In this document: positions 1-10,165 of the stretch, piece by piece
Layout: each line of letters opens with the position of its first letter
Position numbering within the stretch: position 1 is the first letter of the stretch
Assembly: GCA_039179965.1 (NCBI GenBank)
Contig: JBCDEC010000001.1
Coordinates: 1-63,772 of the forward strand
DNA length: 63,772 bases
Direction of reading: 5' to 3'
Source: Pseudomonadota bacterium
Lineage (GTDB): Bacteria > Pseudomonadota > Alphaproteobacteria > Rhodobacterales > Rhodobacteraceae
The notes under the pieces: model-generated
The model's input: the letters and a program-made list of their open reading frames with translations, nothing else
Told to the model about the DNA's origin: nothing
Databases searched by the model: none
Translations under genes and position numbers: made by a program

Positions 1-1077
1 CTGATCGGCTACAACCTGATGTACCCGCTGGGCAACTGGTCGATCGGTTCGGATGAGACCGGCGGCTATCTGGGCGCCTTTGGCGTGGCTGTCATGGAAG
101 GCGTGGGCGTGACCCGCGATGGCGCGGACGATTATGGCTATGCCTCGACCGGATCGGACTACTTCTTCCAGCTGATGTTCTGTGCCGCAACCGCTTCGAT
201 CGTGTCCGGTACCGTTGCAGAGCGGATCAAACTGTGGCCGTTCCTGATCTTCGTTGTGATCCTGACCGGTCTTATCTACCCGATCCAGGCCTCCTGGAAA
301 TGGGGCGGCGGCTTCCTGGACAGCCAGTACGGCTTCCTCGACTTTGCCGGTTCGACGGTTGTGCACTCGGTCGGTGGCTGGGCGGCTCTGGCCGGCGCGC
401 TGATCCTGGGTCCGCGTCTTGGCAAGTATTCCGAAGGCCGTGTCGTTCCGATGCTGGGCGCCAACCTGCCGCTGGCCACGCTGGGCACGTTCATCCTGTG
501 GATGGGCTGGTTTGGCTTCAACGGCGGCTCGCAGTTGGCCATGGGCACCGTGGGTGACGTCGCCGACGTCAGCCGGATCTTCGCCAACACCAATACGGCG
601 GCTGCCGGTGGTGCGATTGCAGCCCTGGTTCTGACCCAGGTGATGTACGGCAAGGTCGACCTGACCATGGTTCTCAACGGTGCGCTTGCCGGCCTCGTGT
701 CGATTACCGCCGAACCGCTGACGCCCACCCTGGGCATGGCCACCATCATCGGTGCCATCGGCGGCGTGATCGTGGTCTTCACCGTGCCAATGCTCGACAA
801 GATGAAGATCGACGACGTTGTCGGCGCGATCCCGGTCCACCTCTTTGCAGGTATCTGGGGCACCCTGGCCGTGTTGCTGACCAATTCGGATGCGACCTTC
901 ACCGGTCAGCTGATCCCGATCATCATCGTCGGCGTCTTCGTCTTCGTGGTCTCGGCCATCGTCTGGTTCATTTTGAATGCCATCTTCGGCATCCGGGTGA
1001 GCGAAGAGGAAGAGATCAACGGTCTCGATATGGCCGAGCTGGGCATGGAAGCCTATCCCGAGTTCTCCAAAGGCTGA
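1..1077 (+). CDS. amt: Ammonium transporter (Amt family), 5'-truncated by window edge
   Basis: Frame open from base 1; motifs FFQLMF, SGTVAER, DFAGSTVVH, WMGWFGFNGGS, IDDVVGAIPVH; polytopic membrane pattern. Confidence 0.95.
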   Translation: MIGYNLMYPLGNWSIGSDETGGYLGAFGVAVMEGVGVTRDGADDYGYASTGSDYFFQLMFCAATASIVSGTVAERIKLWPFLIFVVILTGLIYPIQASWKWGGGFLDSQYGFLDFAGSTVVHSVGGWAALAGALILGPRLGKYSEGRVVPMLGANLPLATLGTFILWMGWFGFNGGSQLAMGTVGDVADVSRIFANTNTAAAGGAIAALVLTQVMYGKVDLTMVLNGALAGLVSITAEPLTPTLGMATIIGAIGGVIVVFTVPMLDKMKIDDVVGAIPVHLFAGIWGTLAVLLTNSDATFTGQLIPIIIVGVFVFVVSAIVWFILNAIFGIRVSEEEEINGLDMAELGMEAYPEFSKG

Positions 1078-1104
1078 CACTCCTTCCAATCAGCCAACTG
1101 ACTG

Positions 1105-1133
1105 GCCCGGGCGTTCGCGCCCGGGTTTTTTTT
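1105..1133 (+). terminator. Rho-independent terminator of amt
   Basis: Stem gcccgggcg-ttcg-cgcccgggt followed by a T run, ~27 nt after the stop. Confidence 0.85.
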
Positions 1134-1173
1134 GTGCCTTTCGGTCAGGGCAGCGCCGGATGATCGGCGGACG

Positions 1174-1206
1174 GCCGGGGTATTTGGAAAAAGAAAGAAG
1201 CAGCAG
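1174..1206. repeat. 33-bp dispersed intergenic repeat, copy 1
   Basis: gccggggtatttggaaaaagaaagaagcagcag, identical to 35112-35144. Confidence 0.9.
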
Positions 1207-1245
1207 AGGTGGGCAAGAAAGGCCGGACGACGTGGCGGTCAGCGG

Positions 1246-1270
1246 CCAGGCCAGACCAGGCCAGACCAGG
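1246..1270. repeat. Short tandem repeat (ccagaccagg x2.5)
   Basis: ccagg ccagaccagg ccagaccagg read directly. Confidence 0.6.
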
Positions 1271-1332
1271 TCGGTTGGATCGTGCCACGATAGATGTCCG
1301 TGAGGGCCGGTGGCGACGCGGGGTCGGAGCGC

Positions 1333-1956
1333 TCAGCCGGTATCCTCTTGCTGACAGCTGTGATCCGTGCCGTCGTAGGTGAACGTGCCCTCTGGCCCTT
1401 TCGTCCAGAACACGGTTTGGCCATCCTGATACCGGGCGCCGGATGCGGAACGTGCGATCGGCAGGATTTCGGTGCGGTCGCGCCAACGCAGCACGACCAC
1501 CGGGTCACCGGCCTGCACGTAGGTGGCGCTGATCAGCGCGTCAATGCCGGTACAGCTGTATGCGAAGGGTCCGGTTGAGAGGCCGGGTTGCGCGCGGGCC
1601 TCACTGTAGGACCGGCGCAGATCATCGATGCGCAGCGCATAGGCATCGCGAGCGCACTTCTGCGGGTCCTGTGTTGTCCAGCACGCGTTGCGCCCCTTGA
1701 TCCAGTCGCGCTGCGTGGCGCGCAGGCTGTCCGCCCGGTCAGCCGTCATGTTGGGACCCGCGCGGGCGAGGTCGTAGAGGCGTGCCAGTTCCCGGTCCAT
1801 TGCAGAGAGGTCGGCGGAGGCGCAGATGGCTTTTTCGGCCGCATGTGTCGCTGCGGCACAGTCAAAGGAGGGTTGCGCCTGCGACGTGGACGCCATCGCA
1901 GCGAAAACGCATCCCGCCAGGGCTGCCGCAGCAATGGGTGGATTTGTCCGGGCCAC
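1333..1956 (-). CDS. Secreted LprI + MliC two-domain lysozyme inhibitor
   Basis: Signal peptide; PSFDC...EKAIC...LSAMDRELARLY (LprI-like); C-terminal SASGARY...FWTKG (MliC signature). Confidence 0.85.
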   Translation of the reverse strand: MARTNPPIAAAALAGCVFAAMASTSQAQPSFDCAAATHAAEKAICASADLSAMDRELARLYDLARAGPNMTADRADSLRATQRDWIKGRNACWTTQDPQKCARDAYALRIDDLRRSYSEARAQPGLSTGPFAYSCTGIDALISATYVQAGDPVVVLRWRDRTEILPIARSASGARYQDGQTVFWTKGPEGTFTYDGTDHSCQQEDTG

Positions 1957-3141
1957 CTAGTCGACCGTATCGGCAATCGCCTGGGCCAGAACGGGCACGG
2001 TCGATGCATTGAGGCCGGCGATATTCAGGCGGCTGTCGCCCACCATATAGATCGCGTGGTCTTCGCGCAGTCTGGTGACGATCTCCGCCGGTAATCCCAG
2101 GCGCGAGAACATGCCCCGATGCTGGGCCACAAAGGAGAACCGGTCCGAGCCCGTGCGCTGCTGCAACTCGCTGGACAATTGCTGACGCAGCGCCAGCATG
2201 CCCAGGCGCATCTCCTCCAGCTCCATCGCCCAGTCGCGCCGCAGGGCGTCGTCGTTCAGAATCATGCTGACCAGACGCGCGCCATGATCTGGCGGGAAGG
2301 AAAAGTTCTGGCGGTTCAGATGGGCCAGGGTGGCCTGAGTCAATCCCTGTTCGGTGCCACCTGCGGTGACCGCCATAATCAGGCCGGCCCGCTCCCGGTA
2401 GATCCCGAAGTTTTTCGAACAGCTGGCTGCGATCAGGCAGTTCGGGACAGAGCTCGCAATCAGGCGGGTGGCCGCGGCATCCTCTTCCAGACCGTCTCCG
2501 AAGCCCTGATAGGCCAAATCGATCATTGGCACCGCCCCGGTTTTCTGCACGGCCGCGAGAGTGGCCTGCCAATCGACGGGGTTCGGGTTGGCGCCGGTGG
2601 GATTGTGGCAGCAGCCATGCAGCAGGACCACATCGCCCGGGCGCGCCGTGGCGATGTCCGTCAACATGCCATCGACATCGAGCCCGCGGGTTTCCTCGTC
2701 GAAATAGCGGTAGAGCACGGTTTCCATGCCCAGATGTTTGAGCATCGACAGATGGTTCGGCCAGGTTGGGTCGGACACGAATATCCGCGCCGCCGGGTTC
2801 GACATCTTGACCAGTTCAAAAGCCTTGTGAACGGCGCCTGTCCCGCCCGGTGTCGCGGCTGCGGCGATCCGGTCGCGCGCCACGGCGCCGCCAAAGATCA
2901 GGTCGATCATCGCATCTGCATAGGCCGGATCGCCGACCAGCCCGGTGTAGCTTTTGGTGGTTTGCGCCTGCCAGAGCTGTTCCTCGGCGGTTTTGACAGA
3001 CCGCATGATCGGCGTCACGCCATCGGCGTTTTTGTAGACCCCGACACCAAGATCGATTTTTCCCGGGCGCGGATCTTCGCGGAAGGCCGCCATCAGCGAG
3101 AGGATCTTGTCCGCCGGTAGGGGTTGGAGGGTTTCAAACAT
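1957..3141 (-). CDS. tyrB: Aromatic amino acid/aspartate aminotransferase (class I PLP)
   Basis: KIDLGVGVY, HGCCHNPTG, DLAYQGFG, SCSKNFGIYRERAG; start MFETL at 3141 overlaps sseA stop (TAATG). Confidence 0.9.
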   Translation of the reverse strand: MFETLQPLPADKILSLMAAFREDPRPGKIDLGVGVYKNADGVTPIMRSVKTAEEQLWQAQTTKSYTGLVGDPAYADAMIDLIFGGAVARDRIAAAATPGGTGAVHKAFELVKMSNPAARIFVSDPTWPNHLSMLKHLGMETVLYRYFDEETRGLDVDGMLTDIATARPGDVVLLHGCCHNPTGANPNPVDWQATLAAVQKTGAVPMIDLAYQGFGDGLEEDAAATRLIASSVPNCLIAASCSKNFGIYRERAGLIMAVTAGGTEQGLTQATLAHLNRQNFSFPPDHGARLVSMILNDDALRRDWAMELEEMRLGMLALRQQLSSELQQRTGSDRFSFVAQHRGMFSRLGLPAEIVTRLREDHAIYMVGDSRLNIAGLNASTVPVLAQAIADTVD

Positions 3142-3995
3142 TACGCGTCTCCCTGAGCGATGGGCAACGTCGGGGACAGGCCCCATTCCGACCAGGACCC
3201 ATCGTAAATGGCATAATCCGTCTTGCCCAGACGTTCGAGTGCCAGGCCGATCACACAGGCGGTGACGCCTGATCCGCAGGATGCGATCACCGGCTTGCCA
3301 AGATCGGCGCCAGCGGCGGCAAAGACAGTCTTCAGCGCGTCCGTCGGCTTCAGTGTGCCATCTTCGTTGAGCAGTCGGGTGAAAGGCAGATTGACCGAGC
3401 CCGGGATGTGTCCGGCGCGCAGCCCCTCCCGGGGTTCCGGCGCCTCGCCCCGGAAACGCGCGGCGGCGCGTGCATCGAGGATCGTATGGTCGCCCAGTTT
3501 GGAGGCGGCAGAGACCTGTGTGACATCGCGCACCAGATGGTTTTGCACGCGCACGGTCATATGGCGGTCCCGGATCACGGGCGGCATGTCTTCGACTTCG
3601 CGCCCTTCGGCCTGCCACTTTGCAAATCCGCCGTCGAGCACTGCGACATTCATCTGCCCCATGACACGGAACATCCACCACACCCGCGGGGCCGAAAACA
3701 GACCGGCACCGTCATAGACCACCACCTGGTGGCCATCCCCGACACCCATCGCCCGCAGACGCGACATAAACTTTTCGACGGGCGGCAGCATATGCGGCAA
3801 ATCCGAGCGGTGGTCAGCCACATCGTCTATGTCAAAAAACCGGGCTCCGGGAATGTGGGCGGTCTCGTATTCGGCGCGGGCATCGCGGCCCATCGCCGGA
3901 AGATAATAGGACCCGTCCAGTATGCGCAGATCCGGATCCTTGAGATGCGCGGCCAGCCAATCCGTGGACACAAGTGTTTTGGGATCGTCCTGCAT
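3141..3995 (-). CDS. sseA: 3-mercaptopyruvate sulfurtransferase
   Basis: Tandem rhodanese domains, GHIPGS, active site CGSGVTAC, YDGSWSEWG. Confidence 0.95.
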   Translation of the reverse strand: MQDDPKTLVSTDWLAAHLKDPDLRILDGSYYLPAMGRDARAEYETAHIPGARFFDIDDVADHRSDLPHMLPPVEKFMSRLRAMGVGDGHQVVVYDGAGLFSAPRVWWMFRVMGQMNVAVLDGGFAKWQAEGREVEDMPPVIRDRHMTVRVQNHLVRDVTQVSAASKLGDHTILDARAAARFRGEAPEPREGLRAGHIPGSVNLPFTRLLNEDGTLKPTDALKTVFAAAGADLGKPVIASCGSGVTACVIGLALERLGKTDYAIYDGSWSEWGLSPTLPIAQGDA

Positions 3996-4118
3996 GACCT
4001 TCGCTCCGTTTCAACCCTGCTCAACGTGCTACATCCGCGCAGAGCCCTATGCAAGACGGCACGCCCGGCACGGCCATGGCTCCTGGGTGCGGCGGGGTCT
4101 GGCGGGCGCGCGCGCGCC

Positions 4119-4595
4119 TCAGGCGTGGTCTTTCAAAAGCCGCTGCTTTTGACGGTTCCAGTCACGCTTGGCCTCGGTTTCGCGTTTGTCGTGGTTCTTT
4201 TTCCCCTTGGCGATGCCCAGCTTGATCTTGGCAATGCCCCGGTGGTTGAAATACATCACAAGCGGCACGAGCGTCATGCCCTTGCGCTGTGTGGCGTTCC
4301 AGAGATTGGCCAATTCCTTGCGCGATACCAGAAGCTTGCGCCGGCGACGCTCTTCGTGCGGAAACATCTTCGCCTGCTCGTAGGGAGCGATATAGCCATT
4401 GACCAGCCAAAGCTCACCATTTTCCACGGCGGCATAGCTTTCCGCGATGTTCCCGCCGTTCTTGCGGAGCGACTTCACTTCGGAGCCATGCAGCTGCAGG
4501 CCACACTCGATGTCGTCCTCGATTGCATAATCGAAACGCGCCCGCCGGTTTTCGGCAATCACCTTGTAGTTGGGGTTGGTCTTTTCCTGGGCCAT
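4119..4595 (-). CDS. smpB: SsrA-binding protein
   Basis: [33 protein letters not shown]. Confidence 0.98.
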   Translation of the reverse strand: MAQEKTNPNYKVIAENRRARFDYAIEDDIECGLQLHGSEVKSLRKNGGNIAESYAAVENGELWLVNGYIAPYEQAKMFPHEERRRRKLLVSRKELANLWNATQRKGMTLVPLVMYFNHRGIAKIKLGIAKGKKNHDKRETEAKRDWNRQKQRLLKDHA

Positions 4596-4720
4596 GGCAT
4601 GTGGATCTAGGGTGCGACAGGTGTCAACACAAGCATCTGTTTGGGCAGGGCGCCGTTTTCGGTGACGAAAACGGTCCGGAAAATTTGAATTTTCCGTGCG
4701 CCCGGTGACGATCTGTTCGC

Positions 4721-5539
4721 CTAGTCCGACAGCTTGGCGTGGACCTCGTCGAGGTCAATCTCGCCGATCGGCATCTTGTTGTCCGGGTTGTCGCGGTCGT
4801 ATTTGAACAGTTCGAAATCACGGTGGTAGATCTCGTAGACCAGGTGCTTTGACAGGTCATCGAAGTAGTCGGCCACCGGATGCGCCCGCGTCGGTCCGTG
4901 CCCTTCGCTTTCATTGAACCGCGGAATACCGTCGAGTTCGACCGCATGCGGATGCTCCGTCACATCGAGGACACGGCGCATTCCGTCGTTGAAGCTCTCT
5001 GTCCAGAAGATGTCGTCATACCGGCCGCCATTCGCGATGAACGTCGAGATATGACCGGACATGGCAGACCAGTGGATGTCGGGTTCCATAGGGCGGCGCC
5101 ACCGGATGGTATCGCGCGCAAACAACAGAAACCGCCGGAACGAGCGGATCTGGTCGAATTCGTCCTTGCCATCGTCGCCGCCAACCTCGATGCCATACTT
5201 CTGGATCAGCAGCGGCACCATGTTCCCGCGATAGCGCTTGCCGTTGCGCTGAATCCCGCAGATCTTGTCAAAGAACGAGGACAGGATCCGGGTGTACGGG
5301 TTGCGTACGAAGGTGAAGGCGTAGGCCTGATGGTCTTTGACCACCCGTGAGATCGGATCCTGGCTCGCTTCCTGCGCCCATTTGTGCAGACCCTGCTGCG
5401 CATCATGGATATCGCCGTCAAAGAACGTCCCGTGATCGGAGTAATACATGATCTGACCGATGGTCGAGCAGGCGCATTTTGGCACCACGCGATAGACCAT
5501 GCTTTCGCTTTCCGTCATCCAGGTTCCGGGAAACCCCAT
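4721..5539 (-). CDS. Sulfotransferase family 2 protein
   Basis: PAPS-binding VPKCACSTI and [13 protein letters not shown] motifs; HW and IYHRDFELF elements. Confidence 0.85.
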   Translation of the reverse strand: MGFPGTWMTESESMVYRVVPKCACSTIGQIMYYSDHGTFFDGDIHDAQQGLHKWAQEASQDPISRVVKDHQAYAFTFVRNPYTRILSSFFDKICGIQRNGKRYRGNMVPLLIQKYGIEVGGDDGKDEFDQIRSFRRFLLFARDTIRWRRPMEPDIHWSAMSGHISTFIANGGRYDDIFWTESFNDGMRRVLDVTEHPHAVELDGIPRFNESEGHGPTRAHPVADYFDDLSKHLVYEIYHRDFELFKYDRDNPDNKMPIGEIDLDEVHAKLSD

Positions 5540-5687
5540 CGGCTCAAACCCTCAATTCAGGTGGTATGCGCAAAGAAGCGCCGCTTTTGATCACAAAGAA
5601 CCAGACAAAGTTTGTATATTCAATCGACCGTTATCACTATCAGACTACCCAAAGAGCAGACAACGGTTTCAAAAAAAAGACGCCCGC

Positions 5688-7265
5688 ATGGCAAAAATTG
5701 CGTATATTCTATTATGCCACAAGGACCCGGATGCCATCATCCGGCAGGCCAACCGTCTGACGGCGACGGGCGACTATATGTCCATTCACTTCGACGCAAG
5801 CGCCCCGCAGGCCGGCTTTGACAAGATCCGCGAGGCCCTGGATTCAAATCCCTCCGTCACCTTCGCACACAGGCGGATCAAGTGCGGCTGGGGGGAATGG
5901 TCCCTGGTCCAGGCCACGCTCTATGCTGTCGAAGCCGCCATTGAAGCTTTCCCGCGCGCCACCCATTTCTACATGGTTTCCGGCGATTGCATGGCCATCA
6001 AGACCTCGGACTACGTGCATGATTTCCTCGACGCTCAGGAATGCGACTACATCGAAAGCTTCGACTTTTTCGAAAGCGACTGGATCAAGACCGGCATCAA
6101 GGAAGACCGGCTGATCTACCGCCACTACTTCAACGAACGCACGAACAAATGGTGGTTCTATGCGTCGTGCCATCTCCAAAAGCGTCTCGGGCTGACCCGC
6201 AAGATCCCCGCGGACCTTGAGATCCAGATCGGCAGTCAATGGTGGTGCCTGCGCCGGCGCACCATTGAGGCCATCCTTGCCTTCTCTCGCGCGCGCGCCG
6301 ATGTCATGCGGTTCTTCAGAACCACCTGGATCCCGGACGAGACGTTCTTTCAGACGCTTGTGCGCCATCTCGTGCCCGAGGCAGAGATCCGCAACCGCAC
6401 ACTGACCTTTCTGATGTTCACCGACTACGGAATGCCGGTGGTGTTTTACAACGACCACTACGAGCTCCTGATGTCTCAGGACTACCTGTTCGCGCGCAAG
6501 ATCAGCCCGGAGGCCAAGGAACTGAGCGCCCGGCTGGGGAGGCTCTACGCCGCCCATGACATCGACTTTCAGATCTCCGACGAGGGCCGCAATCTGTTTC
6601 AGTTCCTGACAGGCCGCGGTCGGATCGGGCGGCGGTTCGGGCCTCGGTTCTGGGAGGCGGAAAGCACGGTGGGCCGCGAGCGCGAATTGATGATCGTGGT
6701 CTGCAAGAAGTGGCACGTCGCCAAGCGCTTTCTGGAACGGGCCCGCCAGGTGACCAATCTGCCAGCCGTCGATTACCTCTTCAGCGAAGAGCGCACCCCA
6801 TTGCCGGATCTGGGCGGCATTCAGACCTCTCTTGAAAAACGGACACGGCATCGGCGCGCCCTGATGCGGATGCTCTTTGACTACTACGAAACCGATCGGC
6901 TGATCATCTGTCTGGACCCTTCCAATCTGGACCTGATGCAGGATTTCTACGCCGACCGCTCGACCACAAAACTGCTGGAGATCTCCTGCACCTTTACCGA
7001 CACATACCTTGTCGGGCATGCCAAACGGGTCGGACTTGCCGGCGAACTGACCAGCCGGGCGACGCTGGATCGGCTGTTGCCCACGATCCGCAACGATCTC
7101 AATCTCGAATCTGACCGGATTCGCGATGCCGGCTATTCAAACTGCTACATCATGGCCGAAAGCAGCAACGCGGACGACAACGCCAAACAGATCGCCAGTT
7201 TTCTGTCTATCGGCCCGGAACAGGCGCTGGAGCTGTCCCGCACGCGCCACCTCTTTGCCGACTAG
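5688..7265 (+). CDS. Core-2/I-branching (GT14-like) glycosyltransferase with C-terminal extension
   Basis: KIAYILLCH, IHFD, CGWGEWSLVQA, SGDC, GSQWW, PDETFFQT, LFARK; start MAKIAY at 5688. Confidence 0.85.
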   Translation: MAKIAYILLCHKDPDAIIRQANRLTATGDYMSIHFDASAPQAGFDKIREALDSNPSVTFAHRRIKCGWGEWSLVQATLYAVEAAIEAFPRATHFYMVSGDCMAIKTSDYVHDFLDAQECDYIESFDFFESDWIKTGIKEDRLIYRHYFNERTNKWWFYASCHLQKRLGLTRKIPADLEIQIGSQWWCLRRRTIEAILAFSRARADVMRFFRTTWIPDETFFQTLVRHLVPEAEIRNRTLTFLMFTDYGMPVVFYNDHYELLMSQDYLFARKISPEAKELSARLGRLYAAHDIDFQISDEGRNLFQFLTGRGRIGRRFGPRFWEAESTVGRERELMIVVCKKWHVAKRFLERARQVTNLPAVDYLFSEERTPLPDLGGIQTSLEKRTRHRRALMRMLFDYYETDRLIICLDPSNLDLMQDFYADRSTTKLLEISCTFTDTYLVGHAKRVGLAGELTSRATLDRLLPTIRNDLNLESDRIRDAGYSNCYIMAESSNADDNAKQIASFLSIGPEQALELSRTRHLFAD

Positions 7266-7277
7266 GGTGGCTGGACC

Positions 7278-7922
7278 TCAGGTCTGTTTCCAGGTCTTCA
7301 ACCAGCGCCGGAACCGGCCTTCACCGTCTTCCACAGCGTCGCTTGCCGCCTCCAAGCGCTCGGTGACATTGTCGATCACCGGATCGATCCGGGCCTCGCG
7401 AAACCGCCGGACCCGCCGGTGCAGGATGTAGACCACAATCGCAAAGCCGATCAGGAAGATGATGTTGAAGTAGCTGATGCTGCGGTGGTCGGCGCTGTCG
7501 ACCTGTTTGACCGACACGGCATTGGGGTAAATTGACAGCGGTTCAAACCGCCAGCCGTAGTAGCGGACCGAAACCCACTTTGGGGCCTCCGGCGTCGAGA
7601 CCAGATCATGTGCCCGGGTCTGAAGGTTCGAGGAATTCAGCTTGAAGTAGGGCGGCCAGATCCAGCCAGTGTCTTCATTGCGATACACTCGGGTGCGCCC
7701 GTTGGGCCGGATGCCCGAGATGAAATAGACATCGCGCGAGGCCGTGGCCTCCGCATTGCCGGACCCGGTATTGGCCCAGAAGATCGAATTGTCGCCAAAG
7801 TCGATACGGCGCACATCCGTGTTGACCAGGCGCACCACATCGTGGCGCGGCAAGGTGTAATAGAGCACCGAGGCCACAAGACCCCAGAACAGGATGAAGA
7901 ACGTCCACTTCACATAGGTCAT
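7278..7922 (-). CDS. DUF1523-like membrane protein
   Basis: YTLP, VYRNEDTGWIWPPYFK, YYGWR motifs; two TM segments. Confidence 0.75.
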   Translation of the reverse strand: MTYVKWTFFILFWGLVASVLYYTLPRHDVVRLVNTDVRRIDFGDNSIFWANTGSGNAEATASRDVYFISGIRPNGRTRVYRNEDTGWIWPPYFKLNSSNLQTRAHDLVSTPEAPKWVSVRYYGWRFEPLSIYPNAVSVKQVDSADHRSISYFNIIFLIGFAIVVYILHRRVRRFREARIDPVIDNVTERLEAASDAVEDGEGRFRRWLKTWKQT

Positions 7923-7931
7923 GCGCGCCTC

Positions 7932-8198
7932 TTAGCTGTAGTTTGCCAGATAGACCATGAGGCCGATCAGTAAAAGTGGCACAATGTAAATTGCCAGAAG
8001 TACGCGACGGCGGAAACTGCTGGAATAGGCGTCCAGGCCATCGTCGACAAAGTCCTCCCGGTCGCCGGAGTGCCCGGCTTCGTCCCAATCTTCCTTCAGC
8101 CGCGCCTTGGCCCGGGCCCGACCACGAAGCGAGGCCACGATATAAACGATGCTGAGCAGGATCAGCAGCGGGATCAGCATTTTCAAAAAGGCGATCAT
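7932..8198 (-). CDS. Small hypothetical membrane protein
   Basis: Two hydrophobic helices; stop lies 9 nt upstream of the DUF1523-like gene. Confidence 0.7.
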   Translation of the reverse strand: MIAFLKMLIPLLILLSIVYIVASLRGRARAKARLKEDWDEAGHSGDREDFVDDGLDAYSSSFRRRVLLAIYIVPLLLIGLMVYLANYS

Positions 8199-8256
8199 GG
8201 GCGCCCCCGGTCGCGGGTCATTGTCCCGTCAGAGTACGCGGTCCGCACGCCAAGGG

Positions 8257-8616
8257 CTAGGCTTGTCCGGTCACCTCGCGCCAGGCGTCCGGGTCAGCGT
8301 CCTTGAGACGCGCAAGTGCAGCCTCTGCATCCGCGCGGATCTGCGCCCGGCTTTCTTCCTTCAGTGCCTGAATCCTGGTGTTCAACGCATCAATCTCCGG
8401 CAGCGGGACATCGGTGGCCTCCGAAAGCGTCTGGAGCGCTTCGAGAACCTTGCCAAGCTGTTTGCCGTAAGAAGCGACCTGATTTTGGACCTTCTCCTCG
8501 ATTTCGGGAATGCCCTTGTAGTCCGGAGAGAAAATGCGCGGAACGATTTCCTGCGTGACGTCCCCGGAAAAGGGGGCGCGGATCATTGGGGCCCAGATGT
8601 CAAACGGGTGAAACAT
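8257..8616 (-). CDS. Hypothetical protein
   Basis: aggag SD; protein-like composition (FSGDVTQEI, helical C-terminus). Confidence 0.7.
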   Translation of the reverse strand: MFHPFDIWAPMIRAPFSGDVTQEIVPRIFSPDYKGIPEIEEKVQNQVASYGKQLGKVLEALQTLSEATDVPLPEIDALNTRIQALKEESRAQIRADAEAALARLKDADPDAWREVTGQA

Positions 8617-8713
8617 GGCGAAACTCCTTGAACACGATCTGTGTCCAGGGTCAGGGCCTCCCGCGGCGCTGTCAAACGCAGCGCAGTCATTGTGTGTGAT
8701 CGGTGCGGCGATC

Positions 8714-9931
8714 CTAGCCGACGATGTTGGTTTCCGGGCCGTAGGGATAGTTCGTGATGTTTTCCGCGCCAGTTTCCGAAATCACCAGAATGTCATGTTC
8801 GCGGTAGCCGCCGGCGCCCGGTTGACCCTGCGGGATCGTGAGCATCGGCTCTACCGAAATCACCATTCCGGGCTCCAGTACCGTGTCGATGTCCTCGCGC
8901 AGCTCGAGTCCGGCTTCACGTCCATAGTAATGGGACAGGACGCCAAAGGAGTGCCCGTAGCCGAAGGTCCGGTATTGCAGCAGGTCGCGGTCGGACAGAA
9001 AGGCATTGATGTCAGCCGTCACCTCCGCACAGGTCACACCCGGTTTGAGCAGGGACATCCCGAATTCATGCGCAGCGACATTGGCCTCCCAGATCTTGAG
9101 GCTGGCAGGGTCGGCGTGGCCGACAAAGAGCGTGCGCTCCAGAGCCGTGTAATAGCCGGAAATCATCGGGAAGGTGTTGAGCGACAGGATGTCGCCGTGT
9201 TCCAGGACGCGGGCGGTCACCGGGTTGTGGGCCCCGTCCGTATTGAGGCCGGACTGAAACCAGACCCAGGTGTCGCGGTATTCGGCATCCGGAAACCGTT
9301 TGGCGATCTCTAGCTCCATGGCATCGCGCCCGGCCATGGCCACGTCGATTTCCCGCGTGCCCGGTCGAATCGCGTCGCGAATGGCGTAGCCACCAAGATC
9401 CGCCACCTGCGCGCCCTGCCGGATGAGCGCGATCTCGGCCTCGGTTTTGTGCATCCGCTCGACCATGGTTTCCAGAGAAATGTCGACCGTGGTGAGAGGC
9501 TGCAGGAAGTCTTCCAGCCGGTCTCGCTGAATGAGCGTGAGATGGTCGCTTTCGCATCCGACCACGCGGCGGGGGCCTATGACGGACGCGACGGCGCGCC
9601 AAAAATTGTTCCGTGTCCAGTCCGTGTAGGTCAGATTGTCGCCGTGGCAGCGCCGCCAGGGCTGACCCGCATCGATCCCTGCCGAGATCGTCACCGATGT
9701 ATCCGCCGTGACGACAAGCCCATAGGGTCGCCCGAAACTGCAGTAAAGAAAGCCGGAATAATAGGCCACGTTCTGCATCGATGTGAACAGCGCCACATCG
9801 ATGCCCAGCGCCTGCATGCGGGCGCGCAGTTTGCTGAGCCGAAGTTCATATTCCTGCGGATCGAACGGAAGCTTGGCCTTGTGTCCATTGTGAAAGCGGT
9901 AAGTTTCAGGACGAAGAGGAGTCGGTGCCAT
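8714..9931 (-). CDS. Creatinase (creatine amidinohydrolase, M24 fold)
   Basis: FHNG.K..LPF, YCSFGRPY, NTDGAHN (catalytic His), LERT, GYGHSFG..SHYYGREAGLELRED, YREHD. Confidence 0.9.
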   Translation of the reverse strand: MAPTPLRPETYRFHNGHKAKLPFDPQEYELRLSKLRARMQALGIDVALFTSMQNVAYYSGFLYCSFGRPYGLVVTADTSVTISAGIDAGQPWRRCHGDNLTYTDWTRNNFWRAVASVIGPRRVVGCESDHLTLIQRDRLEDFLQPLTTVDISLETMVERMHKTEAEIALIRQGAQVADLGGYAIRDAIRPGTREIDVAMAGRDAMELEIAKRFPDAEYRDTWVWFQSGLNTDGAHNPVTARVLEHGDILSLNTFPMISGYYTALERTLFVGHADPASLKIWEANVAAHEFGMSLLKPGVTCAEVTADINAFLSDRDLLQYRTFGYGHSFGVLSHYYGREAGLELREDIDTVLEPGMVISVEPMLTIPQGQPGAGGYREHDILVISETGAENITNYPYGPETNIVG

Positions 9932-10079
9932 GCGCGGTCTGCCTTGCCAGATCAAATCCCGGCGTTCAGGACAATCACGAGCGAAAACCCGGGCGGGTGA
10001 GACGACGCCATCGCCTCTGCTCTGAACCGCAACGGTGCCGCGTTCATCTCAGAGGTTCAAGATCCGAGCGGCGCGGTGA

Positions 10080-10165
10080 AGAAAATTCGTCGAATTTTCT
10101 AGACCGGTGCGGTTCGGAGTTGAGGATTCGCGCCGTGTGACGCGAGAAAATTCGTCGAATTTTCT
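10080..10165. repeat. Two identical 21-bp palindromes (10080-10100, 10145-10165)
   Basis: agaaaattcg-t-cgaattttct twice, 44-nt spacer. Confidence 0.9.

Noticed and set aside
3142-3681. N-terminal extension of the aminotransferase in the ORF track
   Set aside because: Overlaps sseA out of frame; family-like sequence starts at MFETL (3141).
5671-5678. A8 tract as a phase-variation switch
   Set aside because: Short, outside the probable CDS, and no evidence of length variation.
10080-10165. Repeat-spacer-repeat as a mini CRISPR array
   Set aside because: Only two 21-bp fully palindromic copies and no cas genes in the window.
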